A DNA stretch of 63,991 bases, counting the filler, from Ionaspis alba (Eukaryota): NCBI GenBank assembly GCA_964255285.1. It is 11 parts of 11 records of this genome, joined end to end, with 100 filler letters (N's around TTAATTAATTAA, not from the genome) between each part and the next. Parts side by side here need not be neighbours in the genome. Positions count along the whole stretch, not along the records: positions 1 to 5,864 come from CAXUUL010000977.1; positions 5,965 to 11,825 come from CAXUUL010000978.1; 9 more parts are not named here. One strand, 5' to 3'. A program made the position numbers and the translations under genes. The notes under the pieces are model-generated. The model saw only the letters and a program-made list of their open reading frames with translations. It made no database searches and was not told where the DNA came from. Position 1 is the first letter of the stretch. Every line of letters starts with the position of its first letter. Below are positions 1 through 11,925 of this stretch, in pieces.

Positions 1-170
1 ATCCATTTCATGACAATCGCCTCACTATTTACAAATGATCAAGACCAAGACCTAGACCTCACCCTACCTGTTGTATCGTACCTTTGTACAAAGAAGTGAA
101 GATTCCTCACTAAGCCCATAACGCCAGGACCATCATATCCGAACATGAAATCCCAACAGCACAAGACACA

Positions 171-2397
171 TTATGCAATATTACCCGCCATGCCCATAAA
201 CAGAGCCTGTACAGCCAGCTGAAGCGACCAAAGCCCAACCTTCTTGAAACGCCGAAGCCTCGCCTGATCGTCCGTCACGTCTTTCGCGAATGCGGTGTAA
301 GTCTGAAGAGACGTTAGTGAAGAGAGAAGTCTTAGGAGATCAGAACAATTAGCATACTTCTGCAGAGAGATCGTCCATCAATCCACTGTCGAAGATAGTC
401 CAGCTACCATCAAATTCACTGGCGCGCTTGACAACTCGGCAGTTGATGGGAATGAATGTATGTCTGGAATTTATGTATGCCACGATTGGACGAATCAAGG
501 CGTTGTTGACGTATGACAGATCTCTCGTGAATATTGGTACCGCAGCTCGGACGTCGTTCAGATGGACTCTCAAATCCATAACTAGAAACCTCTTGTCTTC
601 TTCTGTCTTCGAGGGCGTTGTCGGACGTTTTGCAGCCGTGGGAATTTCCGGCTCTCCGTTATTGATGATGTTCGATGCCTCCTCTGCACGATGAGTCGGC
701 CGAGATATGACCTCAGCCTCTATACGATCGTAGAGGTCAGACATCACTTTTGCAAGACTTTCGTCGTTGTCTGCCGGAAACATTATATCCGCCACAATGT
801 CCACATTACCCTGATGGATCCACGAAAATGGACCTTCGACACCACGATTCAGATGATCTATATTCAAACCATCGATTCGTATCCGACTATGCTTTTTCCA
901 AGGACTTGCAGCACCGTTTTCGCCTGTGGTGTTGAGTACTTGGGAACCAGTATGGCCGTGCATTTGCCGAGGATGAATGGTGAAGAGGGAATCGTCGAAA
1001 GAGCCCGACATCATATTCGCTGACAAGAAATCGTAGAAGAGCCATTGTCTCCGGAGCTGAGGAAGATCACAAGAGAAAATGCTGACGGAGAATGGTCGGA
1101 AGCCTTTGGGTTGATGGACTGTCACCAGGAGATCCTCCATCTTGAATGAGTCGATCTCAAAATCCCCTGGATTATGCTCGTGCTTGTAAGACCTCGGATC
1201 CACGTATTCGCCTGAATAGTGAACATTTGTCCTGTCGATGACGCCTCTCACTCCCTTGATCTCCACGTCACGGAGAAGGCCCTTACTATTGAACCACTTA
1301 GTGAAAGACAGGGTCACATTGACGGTCTCCAGAGAAATATCGAATTGTGTATAGTTTGTGTCTTCCTCTTCCTGCATGGCTTGCGTAGTCCTCGACTGCT
1401 CTGCAAGCTTAGTAGCCGCTGCGACAGCAGCTGCTGTCTCCGGGGAGCCTTTGCTGACTTTGCCCTTGCCCTGACCGGGCCGTCTCGAAACAAAGACATT
1501 CTTGAACGTGATGACCCCATCGCCCCACTTTGGCACGATTGCAGATTCAAATACGACTTTGACTCCAGATGATTGCGTCAAATAATTACCGACCCATCTT
1601 GCTAATGTTTCCTGAGCAAAGACAGTATTCACCGCAAATATTGCAAGAGAGAAGAATGTTGTAGTCCCAAGTATTATCCATAAGACGTGACCGAGTAGAA
1701 CCCACGAGAAAAAGGCACTTATGTCGTCTGCGTTGAACGGTCTTACACTTCGAATCGAGAACCACTTGAAGCGGACTTTCAGCCTCGACCAGAACCCTGT
1801 CGCTGCTGCTAGTAACTCCTCCTTGCTTGGTCTGTGTATGTGTGGTATACTAGGTAGGCGGTCTATCAAGTGCATGTTGGTTGTAGATGTATGACCGTCT
1901 TTCAGCTTCGAGGTCCCGTGTGGTGAAGGTGTGGTTGACGAGGTCTCTGGCGCTTTTTCCTCTGTATTCTGCGATTTCTCACCCTCTTTTGTGAAAGAAC
2001 TTTTGTTCCGTCTTGTTCCAGCAGTACTGCGCCCGTGAAAACTCGCATGTGCATAGCGCCGAGACGAAGATTCGAGGCATCTGAGGCCTTTCCGCCGGTC
2101 TAAAACATGATTCTGTATCCCTAGACCCTTCTCGACTGTGCTTCTACCTGCTACTATCTTTGTTGCCAGGACGGTCCTCCCCGCAGTGTACCCTCTTGTG
2201 GTTGATATTGCCAAAGAATGCTGAATCAGGGTGTGCGAGGCTTGCATGCCAGACCAGAGTAGCCCATGTCCATGGCTAAGTAATGGAGCAAGTTGTGCAT
2301 GGGAGAATATCAGACTTTGTGGAGCTGCCCAGCTCGATCCGACTTTTGAAGAAGACCATGTTGCAGCGCACAATCGGCGTGCTACATTGCCACTCAT
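171..2397 (-). CDS. MDM31: Mitochondrial distribution and morphology protein Mdm31/Mdm32 (inner membrane)
   Basis: 682-aa ORF with mitochondrial-presequence-like N-terminus and Mdm31 motifs (RPSKEELLAAATGFWSRLKVRFKWFSIRSVRPFN, FESAIVPKW, DGLNIDHLN). Intron 303-357 (GTATGC..CAG) leads to a last exon TYTAFAKDV...GLWSLQLAVQALFMGMAGNIA*. Confidence 0.93.
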
Positions 2398-2716
2398 GTT
2401 CGGGAGCTCATGGTGTCGGAAATCGATCCATGATGAAGTTATTGATAGTGGAGAAGCACGCGAGCGTAAACTAATATGGCCCGGGAAATGTTCCTTTCAA
2501 CCTTGAATGACGTGAAGAGCTCGCTCTTCCCCGATTGGTCGAACAAGAACAGGGTTTATCTCCAAACAATGCAAAATAATTTTGTCCCACATGGAAATGA
2601 ATGTGAACAAACTCTAGAAGATTTATATCCCCAAAACTTGTTCGTTTACTCGTCCTGTCAGTATTGCCACAGTGGTCCTCACTTTCTTCGCTTTCTCTAA
2701 GTCTTGACACCCTAAA

Positions 2717-3602
2717 ATGCCTGCCCCAACGGCACTGCTCAGGCGGCCTGACGAGCTAGCGGAAGCACATGCGATACCACTCCCCCAAGACGGTGCGCAG
2801 ACTGGAGCGTATCTGTCTTCGTATTTGACTCTGACTCGAAATCTGTAGACGATGAAGATCTCCTCATTGACACCAACCACTTCGTCCCTACCACTGCAGT
2901 CACAACCGTTCCCACGACAGTCCCAGCAGAAGAACCCGAGATGCAGGTAGACGATGAAGGGCGACCAAAATTCCCTCCTGCACAGAACGTCGACGGACCA
3001 CATCGATCCGAGACAAGGAAAGTCCTCATACCACCGCACCGTATGACACCACTTAAGACCTCGTGGCCCAAGATCTACCCTCCTCTGGTTGAGCACCTGA
3101 AACTACAAGTACGAATGAATATTAAAAGCAGAGCTGTAGAGTTAAGGACCTCAAAACATACGACAGACTCGGGAGCTCTACAGAAAGGCGAGGATTTTGT
3201 GAAGGCATTCAGTTTGGGTTTCGATGTGGATGATGCGATTGCACTTCTACGGCTGGACGATTTGTACATTGAGACATTTGAGATCAAGGATGTTAAGACC
3301 CTCACCGGAGAGCATATGGGGCGTGCGATTGGGAGAATAGCAGGCAAGGATGGGAAGACAAAGTTTGCGATTGAGAATGCAAGTCGGACGAGAGTAGTGC
3401 TGGCGGATCAGAAGATACATATCCTCGGTGGGTTCAGGAATATACATATTGCTAGAGAGTCGATTGTCAGCTTGATACTCGGAGCGCCTCCGGTAAGCGA
3501 TATTGGTTGCGAGAGACTTTGATGGCTTCTGACACGTTTGCATAGGGCAAGGTCTATGGAAATCTGCGAACAGTCGCCTCCCGCATGAAGGAACGATTTT
3601 GA
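2717..3602 (+). CDS. PNO1: Pre-rRNA processing KH-domain protein Pno1/Dim2
   Basis: Motifs RKVLIPPHRMTPLK and GRIAGKDGKTKFAIENASRTR. ATG at 2717 (MPAPTALL), two introns, final exon GKVYGNLRTVASRMKERF*. Confidence 0.95.
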
Positions 3603-3772
3603 CCGAACTTGTGTCTCCGGTGCTTTAGCGAGGCGTTCATCGGAATTATTTGGGGGAACATATAAAATCGACTGGGAATCAAACAATCGTTTGCTCTCTG
3701 AGAGTGCAACGGGCATGGAAATCTTATTGCGCCTTCCCTCTATGCAAACCTCGACCAATCTCGACCGCCTCT

Positions 3773-4618
3773 CTAATCTCTCTTCAAAGGATCATAAATC
3801 TCCTCAATGCCCGCCTTTGTGATCACCATCATCTGGAGCCCGTCTCCCACCTCAATATGTCTTTCCACAGCACTCGTGAATGCATCTCTGACTAATTGCT
3901 CCACCTCCTTTCTGGGCAGAGGTTCAGCCTTCTTTGCCTCTAGCTCATGACCAACCCCACTATCAGGCATGTACTGGTTCTTGAAATTGACCTGATTATC
4001 AAGGAAAGGCATGATCAAAGAAGCTGCCGCTCCCGCGGCTCTGCACTGCTCCCGTTCGTATGATCCCACTGGATCGTAACTGTATAGCGCACCTTTTCCA
4101 TCTTCGTCTAGACCTCCGAGTATAGCATGGACATAGTAGGGAAAGAACCGTTTCTGGTAGAGTATCGTTGCTAGTCTCTGCGCACAGGCCTTGACGGTCA
4201 TTTTCTTGCCATGCTGGTACCGGTACATCTTCACGATGGCGTCGAGCCGTTCCATTAGCGCTTTACCATCTGCCGCGAAGCCAACGACTGAGAGAACCAT
4301 GTGTGCACCCTCTCCCGTCTCGTCATTTCCACCTATTCGGAAGAGTTTGGGTGCGTAACGCGTGTTGATACTGTAGCCGCTAGTTGACCGTGTATCTCCG
4401 GCGAGAACAGCAAAGTCGTCACCGGTAATGCCGAGGGTTGTGCCACCGTTATCAGTATAGCTGGAAAGATCAGCTTAAACGATTTTTCATAGTGACTGGT
4501 CAGCTCACGGATAGAAGCTGTGTTCTTTATTTCCTGACGCTGAGGAGTTTGGAGCTTGGGAGAAAGAGTAAGTAGGATTCGAGGAGAGTGTCGGGTTTGA
4601 GGTGAGAAGAGAGCCCAT
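3773..4618 (-). CDS. PRE7: 20S proteasome subunit beta-6
   Basis: Spliced FYP|YTDNGGTTLGITGDDFAVLAGDTR, LYQKRFFPYY, YSYDPVGSYERE, FTSAVERHIEVGDGL, C-terminal LKRD. Confidence 0.95.
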
Positions 4619-4868
4619 GGTAGGAGAGGTTTTAAGGAGGTAGTAAAGGCAAGCAAAGAATTGGATGTTTCCTGTTACTTAGGTTCTGGATAGGAAATTG
4701 TTTCTTGGTAACGTAGTTATAGCGAAAGCTTCCGAAGCTGTCGTGACGCGGAATCTGCCTTCCCGTAGATAGGGCTGAGTCGCGCGCTAGACATAACCCC
4801 TGTTCCTTAGCGATTTCCTCGTTGATTCGATCGGAACATCATGCTGCGCTGATCGCATGTAGAGCGCA

Positions 4869-5863
4869 ATGTCAGTCCTTGTGGGATATGGGAGTAGCGA
4901 TGAGGACGAAGAGCTCTCAGAGGCTCGCGCAAAGGTACCTTCATCCTCTCTATGAGTGTTCTTAAAAGACATCCTAACGAAGCAGAGGCTAGACTTCGAC
5001 AGACCCGAGAACTGCAGGTGTTCCATCCTCTCAAGCGCATGGTAAGGTTTGAGCTTTCTCGTGGAGATCTTGCGCTGATACACAAACAAGCTGTGATTAC
5101 AAACGGACACACGAGACCTGTAGCTTCCACACCCGTAATCGATCCACCACGAGATCGCAAGTCGACCGATGTGGCACCATTACAGGCGCCATCTGGCGCA
5201 GCTACGCCTACAGCAGGAGAGGACGTAGGTGATACGCCCCAGTCACCTTTCTTCATGAACAGAGCAACGATTCGTGACCTTACACTCCCAACCGTGCCCA
5301 ATCTCGACATACCTCCATCACCACCAGGATCTCCACCTCCTGGCCTGGACAAGAAGTTTGAACACTTTCTCGAGTTGAAGAGGAGGGGTGTTCATTTCAA
5401 TGAGAAACTGGCTCGGTCATCCGCTCTGAAGAACCCAAATCTCCTGGGTAAGTTGATGGGTTTTGCGGGCGTGGAGGAGGATGAGCAATATTCATCTACA
5501 CTTCCGAAGGATGTTTGGGATCCCTCTGGTTTTCCAGCTTGGGCTTTCAAGGAGGAGTTGGCGAAGAGTCAGCAAGAGGTTTTGAAGCAGCAGACTGAGG
5601 AACGGGCAAAGGTGCAGAGGGAGAGTATTGATTTCGTGTCTGCTTCGGCGTCTGCGTCTGCGCAATCAGGCCGGGATGGGACCCCAGCTTCAGTCTCGAA
5701 CAACAAGGGGCTGAGAGGGAGCGCTGCTGAAAGAATTATGGCGGGTTTGGACAGAGAGCGCTTAAGGTCGCCTCAAATGTCTAATTTGACTTCTCGGAGT
5801 AACAGTAGTAGGAGAAGGTCGAGGTCACCGCAGCGACAGCGGAAACGATCGAGATCGCGGTGA
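4869..5863 (+). CDS. SAP30-binding protein / HCNGP-like protein
   Basis: Start MSVLVGYGSSDEDEE with probable 5' introns. Core KKFEHFLELKRRGVHFNEKLARSSALKNPNLLGKLMGFAGV..DEQYSSTLPKDVWDP and RS-rich tail are typical of HCNGP. Confidence 0.85.
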
Positions 5864-5964
5864 TNNNNNNNNNNNNNNNNNNNNNNNNNNNNNNNNNNNN
5901 NNNNNNNNTTAATTAATTAANNNNNNNNNNNNNNNNNNNNNNNNNNNNNNNNNNNNNNNNNNNN

Positions 5965-7004
5965 TTGAGGTAGGTGCTGAATGCGCCTGGGTGACTGGAT
6001 AACTGGTGGACCAGTATACCCAGCTCGCGGGCTAGACGATCTAGGAGTCGTTTTTCCCATCCAGTTGCTGAAGAGTTGTTGCTGGAGATTGTGGACTGAG
6101 ACGCAAGATTCGATGATTGAAGCGGTTTTGTTGGTAGGATAGTGTCAGGGGCAAGAGATTCGCCGAATATGACTGATAGTATGGTATCATCGATTCCCAT
6201 AAGGTCACGGATTACTCGCCTCCGTATTCGCTGCCACAACGACTCGCTTTCTTCGGGTGACGACTCTTCTGACGGTAGAACCGTTCGGATCGAAGGCGAA
6301 CTAGTCACCTCATCGTCATGATGAGTTGTGAGTACTCCGCTCTCGTCCTCTTTCTCCTTCACAGATGTGACTGTCTGACTCATGGCCCTCCTCCTGGTTT
6401 CCTTCTCAATCTCCTCAAGCAGCACTTTTGATTGCTCTATCCTCCACTTTTCAATCCTCTCCATCCTCGTATCTTCCAGATGAGTCCCCTCCTCGTCATC
6501 AACCGTATCCAGTCGTCTCTGCACACTCGACCGTCTTCTTTGATGTCCCGGCAATATCTTCCGTGGATTGTACTGTTCGAAATTCCAGAGTTGTGCCTGC
6601 ACCGGCGAGCTAGACGCTGCAAAGGTACCCAAGCCATCATGAGCTGGTAGTATTGAACCACCGCTTTGATCATGCCGTCTCGAGGTACTGTGCATAGCAG
6701 GTTCTCGAAAAGCGTGTAGGCCATCGTCTAAGCTGTCCAGTTCCTCGTCTTCTTCAATTGCTTCCGAAGCACCTTCATCTTCAGTAGGCACCGACTGGGC
6801 AATTGTGTTGAGAGAACCGAAGTCGCTCAGCTTGGCTGTAGAAGTTGTTTGTGTACGAGGTCCAATTGCTCGTCCTTGGGTAGGCGAGAATAGTACCCAC
6901 TCTTGAGAGTCGTCGATCTTCTGATGTGTGATCATTGGAGACTCCGTTTGCACGCGAGGTACTTGACGTTGAGGAGGTGGAAAAGTCGGCTGGCGGAACG
7001 CCAT
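5965..7004 (-). CDS. Conserved fungal hypothetical protein, 3' truncated at segment boundary
   Basis: Long ORF from MAFRQPT with conserved-looking blocks (DDSQEWVLFSP, LPAHDGLGTF, RMERIEKWRIEQS, RVIRDLMGIDD). Runs into the spacer. Confidence 0.75.
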
Positions 7005-7937
7005 GATGTAGTGGATGTCGTGATCAAGATAGGGTGGAGCTCGGTAGGTTCGTTGATTCTGTCTGCTGATCTCCGGATGTAATTCAAGGACTAGTGAATC
7101 AGGATTCTTATCGGACGGAGAACAAGACAATGTTTGAAAGCTGCAGATACCCCAAATTTACCTCATGGTAACGTCCAGGAGGCTCGCCTGCCTGCAGTAT
7201 GGGGTTGGGGCACAAGGCTGGAACGACAACCGATTCGCCGAGCAACGGCCTTGGAACAATGGGAGGATGCACAAGCGTTTCACAGCTGGCTGCAGGACCA
7301 GGGTAAGAAGGAGGAAAGATGAAGATATGAGCCCGCGATGAGCTCCAGCTCGTGTATATTCAGATTGAACGAGGATTGAAAGTGTGTTTTGGATAGTGAA
7401 GAAGTTGTCGAGAGTCAGTCCTTTTGTCACACTGTCATTGATCCGGCAGCTGATAAGGTTAGCGCCCCATCCATGTAAGCATAGCTGGGGAGCTAGACAA
7501 GGCATGCGTAGGCTAGAAATGCCGGTCAATGGTCCAAGCTCCTATTAGCCGCCTCAACCCCATCGTAACGCCCTCCCAAAGGATCATAAGTCGGGCACCC
7601 TCGATCTCTAGTCGGGCACTTTGTCAATGAAGGGTTTGGAACGACCAAGACTACGGCAGGATACGTGTATCAAAGAGTTCGGCTCCAGAATATATGCACT
7701 TAGCCGAAAGTGTGTGTCTCCATACTATACGCGGGAACATGAAACTGTCAGGGCAGAAGGGAAGGCACTTGGTATGTGACAAGCTCCGATTTGAGAGTAT
7801 CATCTGGCTTAGTGGAGGTCTCTAGAAGGCCATGCAAGAGCAGCAAGCCCAATGTTTTCATTCGCCAGTTCAGCTCTCGTAAACCCCTGCTCAAGTTGAC
7901 CATTCTCCAAACGCCTCAACGCAGCTTAGAACAACGA

Positions 7938-10054
7938 TCAATCGTACAGCTTGATAAGATCTATCAGTTTTGCCGATTCCGTTGCAAAGTTCACAGCCGA
8001 CGCTCCAGTGACCTGGTATCGCACTCTATGGCATATGCATTAGCACACTTAGAAGTCCTCAACGCAGGATACTTAACATACCTTTGCTCGTCCTGGTAAT
8101 TGTCCATTTTCGCTCTGCATTTGAAGATCCAAGTGCGAAGGTTCGCTTCCTGGAAGACATCACCTGCAGCCGCCTTGTCGTTCTCCATCGTCTCCGTAAG
8201 CTGATCGGCACTCATGCCCATGATCATCCTCCCGACTTCGTCGAAACAGCTAAGCCAGATCTGCCCTGTATGGTCAGTCACACTGATCGACATGATGTAG
8301 CGATACTGCGGTTTGGGAAATGTCTTGTCACATCGTTCGCATCGCCACTGCCCAGAATCCTCTTGGATGACTTTCTTGTTGCATTTTTCTGTCAAGCAAG
8401 CAGCGTAGGAGAAGTTCTCTTGCTTGAAGTAGATGATAGTCGCCTTCAGAGCGAAGTAATCTGGGTTCTCTGACATTCCGAGAGACTCTTCTTTGACTTG
8501 CGCGATAGTCTTGGTGGCATCATTACGACCACCTGCTGCACCCATTGAGCCTGCCAAGCCAGCGTGTGATGCAAAGGTGTCGTTGCGTCCTTGGGCATCG
8601 TACCAGCCTTTGAGCTTGTGTGCTTCGTCGATATCCGGATCCACTGACATTGAGCCAGAGCTCAGCAAACTCAAACTTCTACCTCCGAAATCTGACACCT
8701 TGACTCCCTTGAAAGCGATCACGGATTCCGGTTGCACATCGAACGAAGATGCGGTATTGCCCCAAATGGTTAGACGGACCGAGTAATTGGTGTTGTCGAC
8801 GAGAGTCAATTCCCGTTTGTCATAAGGTTTGCTAGTGGTTTTCGATGTGATTTGAGACGTCTCTCCAACCTCTTTCAATACACCTATGGTATCAATCACC
8901 GAATCTTTGTCTACTGTCTGGAGGCTCTCGATGTTGGTGAAGTTGAAACGGACTTGTGGCACACCGTCCTGCTCCTCTGCCTATCGTCTCGTCAGCATAC
9001 TTATTTTGAAACACAAGACTAGACAAGCTTACCTTTTCCACCATAGTGTCGCGCTCGAACGTCAACTCGTAATCGTTATTCAAGTTTGTGAATTGCTTTT
9101 TGGCGAGCTGTACTCTGCAAGGAGAGGAGAGGTAGTAAACGTTGCCCTCTTGGAACAAATCGTATAGAGCGTCACATTGGTCGTTGAAACCTGTAGCTTT
9201 GATCTCTCCACTTTCGTCAAGGAGATTTACACTAAAGAGCTTCCCTTCTCCATTCTTGTTGTGCCACGTCTTGACTGCCGACTTGTTTGTACAGCGTGCC
9301 TTGATGGTCCACTTGTGAGCATATGGCGAGAGGGCTTCGATAGGATAGATGTTCGCATGTGCGCTGCGACTAGGTCCATTCGATCTGGACGGTAGAGACT
9401 GCTGTTGCTGCACCTGGGGCTTTGACTCCGTTTTGCCGCCGTAAAACCCATTGCTAGATATCGTAGTCGGATGAGGTTTCCCGTCGTCTTCAGCCTTGAC
9501 GTCTAGCTGCACCGGTTCACCAATCTTTTCGCAATCTCCCAGATCTGACAAGACATCCAGCTCGAGAACGATGAGTATTCTAGCGCGCCATCAGTACATC
9601 ATGAAATATATAGCAGCCACCCAAGAAGTTGTGTTGTTCTAGGACTTACCGCTTGTCCTTAAGTCTATTGGCTTGGTACTTCTTTAGCCGCACGAAACAG
9701 CCTCGTTTTAGAGACCCATTATGTACTAGGTGATTTTGCTCTAGAGGCCATCATCAGCCCATGTCGCCGAACGGTGCGCACCCTGCGTCAACTCACGAGT
9801 GCCCAGCATGCTCTGAACATAGTTGGTAATATCGCTGAAGACTATCCGGAATCGTTCCGGGCCGGCTGTCTGACTCCCAAGAGGTTTGACCTGAACGCAC
9901 TGAACCACGGGCTCCAGCTCCGATATGATGTTCTCATTGACAGTTCCATCGAAGATTTTCCTGCAGCGTTGTGAGCTCATGCAGTCATCTCAAGTGAAGG
10001 CTAGGCTTACTGGAGGACACCCCGACTGACATGCGCTGCCTGGGGAGCTGCCAT
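7938..10054 (-). CDS. RFA1: Replication protein A 70-kDa subunit
   Basis: Multi-exon. OB-fold motifs IYPIEALSPYAHKWTIKARCT, GKLFSVNLLDESGEIKATGF and KGVKVSDFGGRSLS; zinc finger C..KC..CERC; last exon RVRYQV...LIKLYD*. Confidence 0.96.
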
Positions 10055-10126
10055 ATTGTCTCACGGAGACGCTTCACAGTATGAAAGCCGTGTATATGTT
10101 TGTGTATTTGGCGTGGAGGCGAACAG

Positions 10127-10153
10127 ACGCGATCGAAACCCCGGCCGACGCGT
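10127..10153. promoter_or_regulatory. MCB-like cell-cycle boxes upstream of RPA1
   Basis: ACGCGA at 10127 and ACGCGT at 10148, about 75-100 bp upstream of the RPA1 ATG. RFA1 is a known MBF target in yeasts. Confidence 0.55.
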
Positions 10154-10613
10154 AAAGTGATTTAGCGTAGGGCTGACCAATATCGCGGGGTTCACAACCA
10201 CCTCTGTAACTAAAGCATATGCAAGAAGAGGTTCCTGCGGGACGAATCTTACAGCTACACCATATGAGTTGAAATCTGATTGTCTGCATGCCAATCTCTC
10301 CAGCATCTAGATCTAATGGGGCAGCAATGGAGAAGGGCAAGTATTAATGAGCTGGAAAATGATCATGTGGGGATTGCTGGAACTACACTGGATACTGACT
10401 TGGCACCTACAGTTCTTGACCCCTTGAGATGACCTGATAGCTCGATAGACATGTGCACCGTGGATGTCATGACTAAGTACAAAGGGTGGCGGACTCTTCC
10501 TTGACTATGGTACATTTCAACGAGAACCTTCCGTGCATGTAGTCTGTCAAATCTTAATGACTTATAACAGCAATCTCCTTCCTCAACCTATTGCAGGTCG
10601 ACATCAAAACCTC

Positions 10614-11341
10614 TCAAGTAGGTATTGGATCAGCGCACACAGGGTTCGTTAGTGAGTTACGCTGGAAGCAAAGTTTGATTCCTTTCTGAAATATCTCTTT
10701 GATGTAATCGCCGGACGTATATACGTGCTGAATAAGATGTGTACCAGGTTTGACAATGAGGAGGTCAGTGCCTTTGTAGAAAATTGGGTCTCCGACCTTG
10801 GCAGTGCTGTGAGAGAGAATCAGTGACTGCATTCACAGAGAAGTTACATGGAATAGATCAAAAGGACTGGCAGACGTGCGCCAGCAGAGCCGGAAAGGTC
10901 TCTCTACCTTCCAGGAACCACCTTATTAATAGTTGCACTGATGATCCAGCGAAATGTGATACTATCACAATCGTGGCGGAGGGGGATTTCCAGGGTAATT
11001 GACGGGACTGTATTCACTGAAGTCTGGAATGCATTGGTAAGGAGGCCAATGAGCGACGTCTTGTTCGTTGTGTATGGTCCTGTTGGATTTGCAGGGAAGA
11101 AGAAGAAGCTGACTGTCTCATCTTCTACGGTCACGTCATCAGTAAGAGTCTGATCTGCGATTTGCCTGTAAGTCGGGGTGGTTGGGTCCGAGGCGTGTAG
11201 AGCAATCCAGCGCGACACAATGTTGTTGGCGGACTGATCCGAAAGACACCTGTGACCGCGCGAATGGTCGTGGCCCCACCCATTGTTCGGAGTCGCAATT
11301 GCAGTAGCAACTAAAAGCAAGAACGATATTAGGCACTTCAT
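10614..11341 (-). CDS. Small secreted protein, possibly NTF2-like fold
   Basis: Signal peptide MKCLISFLLLVATAIA. One intron (about 10808-10908, GTAGAG..CTGAT..CAG) joins VVPG to STAKVGDPIFYKGTDLL in frame, giving about 210 aa with several Cys. Confidence 0.72.
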
Positions 11342-11925
11342 GCTGGAGACGGCAATGGTGGAGAGCCAAAGGCGGTTTTGGTGAAAGAACTCTTGCTGCA
11401 AATAGATAGATCTCGCAGAGTAGATATTGCGAATAAGTTTGGAAAGTTCGAGCAATAAGGAATGGAAGTCTAGAGATGATATAACTTCAGGTGCTCTCCA
11501 TGTACTGAGTCTGGCTGTCGTGGCTGTTGACTTCGCTATCCACAGCTGAGGACGCCTCCCACATTGCAAAGCTGACAGCACAAAATCCTTACAGGCTCAA
11601 AAGTTCACGATAGACATCCACCGAACAGAGGTTAGACCGAGATAAGTATAAACAACACTCCTGCCCCCGCATCACGAGCTCGAGTGCTACTCTACCAAGC
11701 CACAGAACGCCCTTCTAACCGAGGGTCGATTCAGCTCCAGCAGTAGAGAGAAGTTCGATGACTTTCCCTGAAACTTTATGTGCATGCAACCAGTGGGATC
11801 TTTAGACAAGATCCGCCGAGCCGGGNNNNNNNNNNNNNNNNNNNNNNNNNNNNNNNNNNNNNNNNNNNNTTAATTAATTAANNNNNNNNNNNNNNNNNNN
11901 NNNNNNNNNNNNNNNNNNNNNNNNN

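Noticed and set aside
5909..5920. Palindromic TTAATTAATTAA recurring about every 5.8-5.9 kb, like a periodic repeat or array
   Set aside because: Always embedded in N runs; it is a synthetic six-frame-stop linker.
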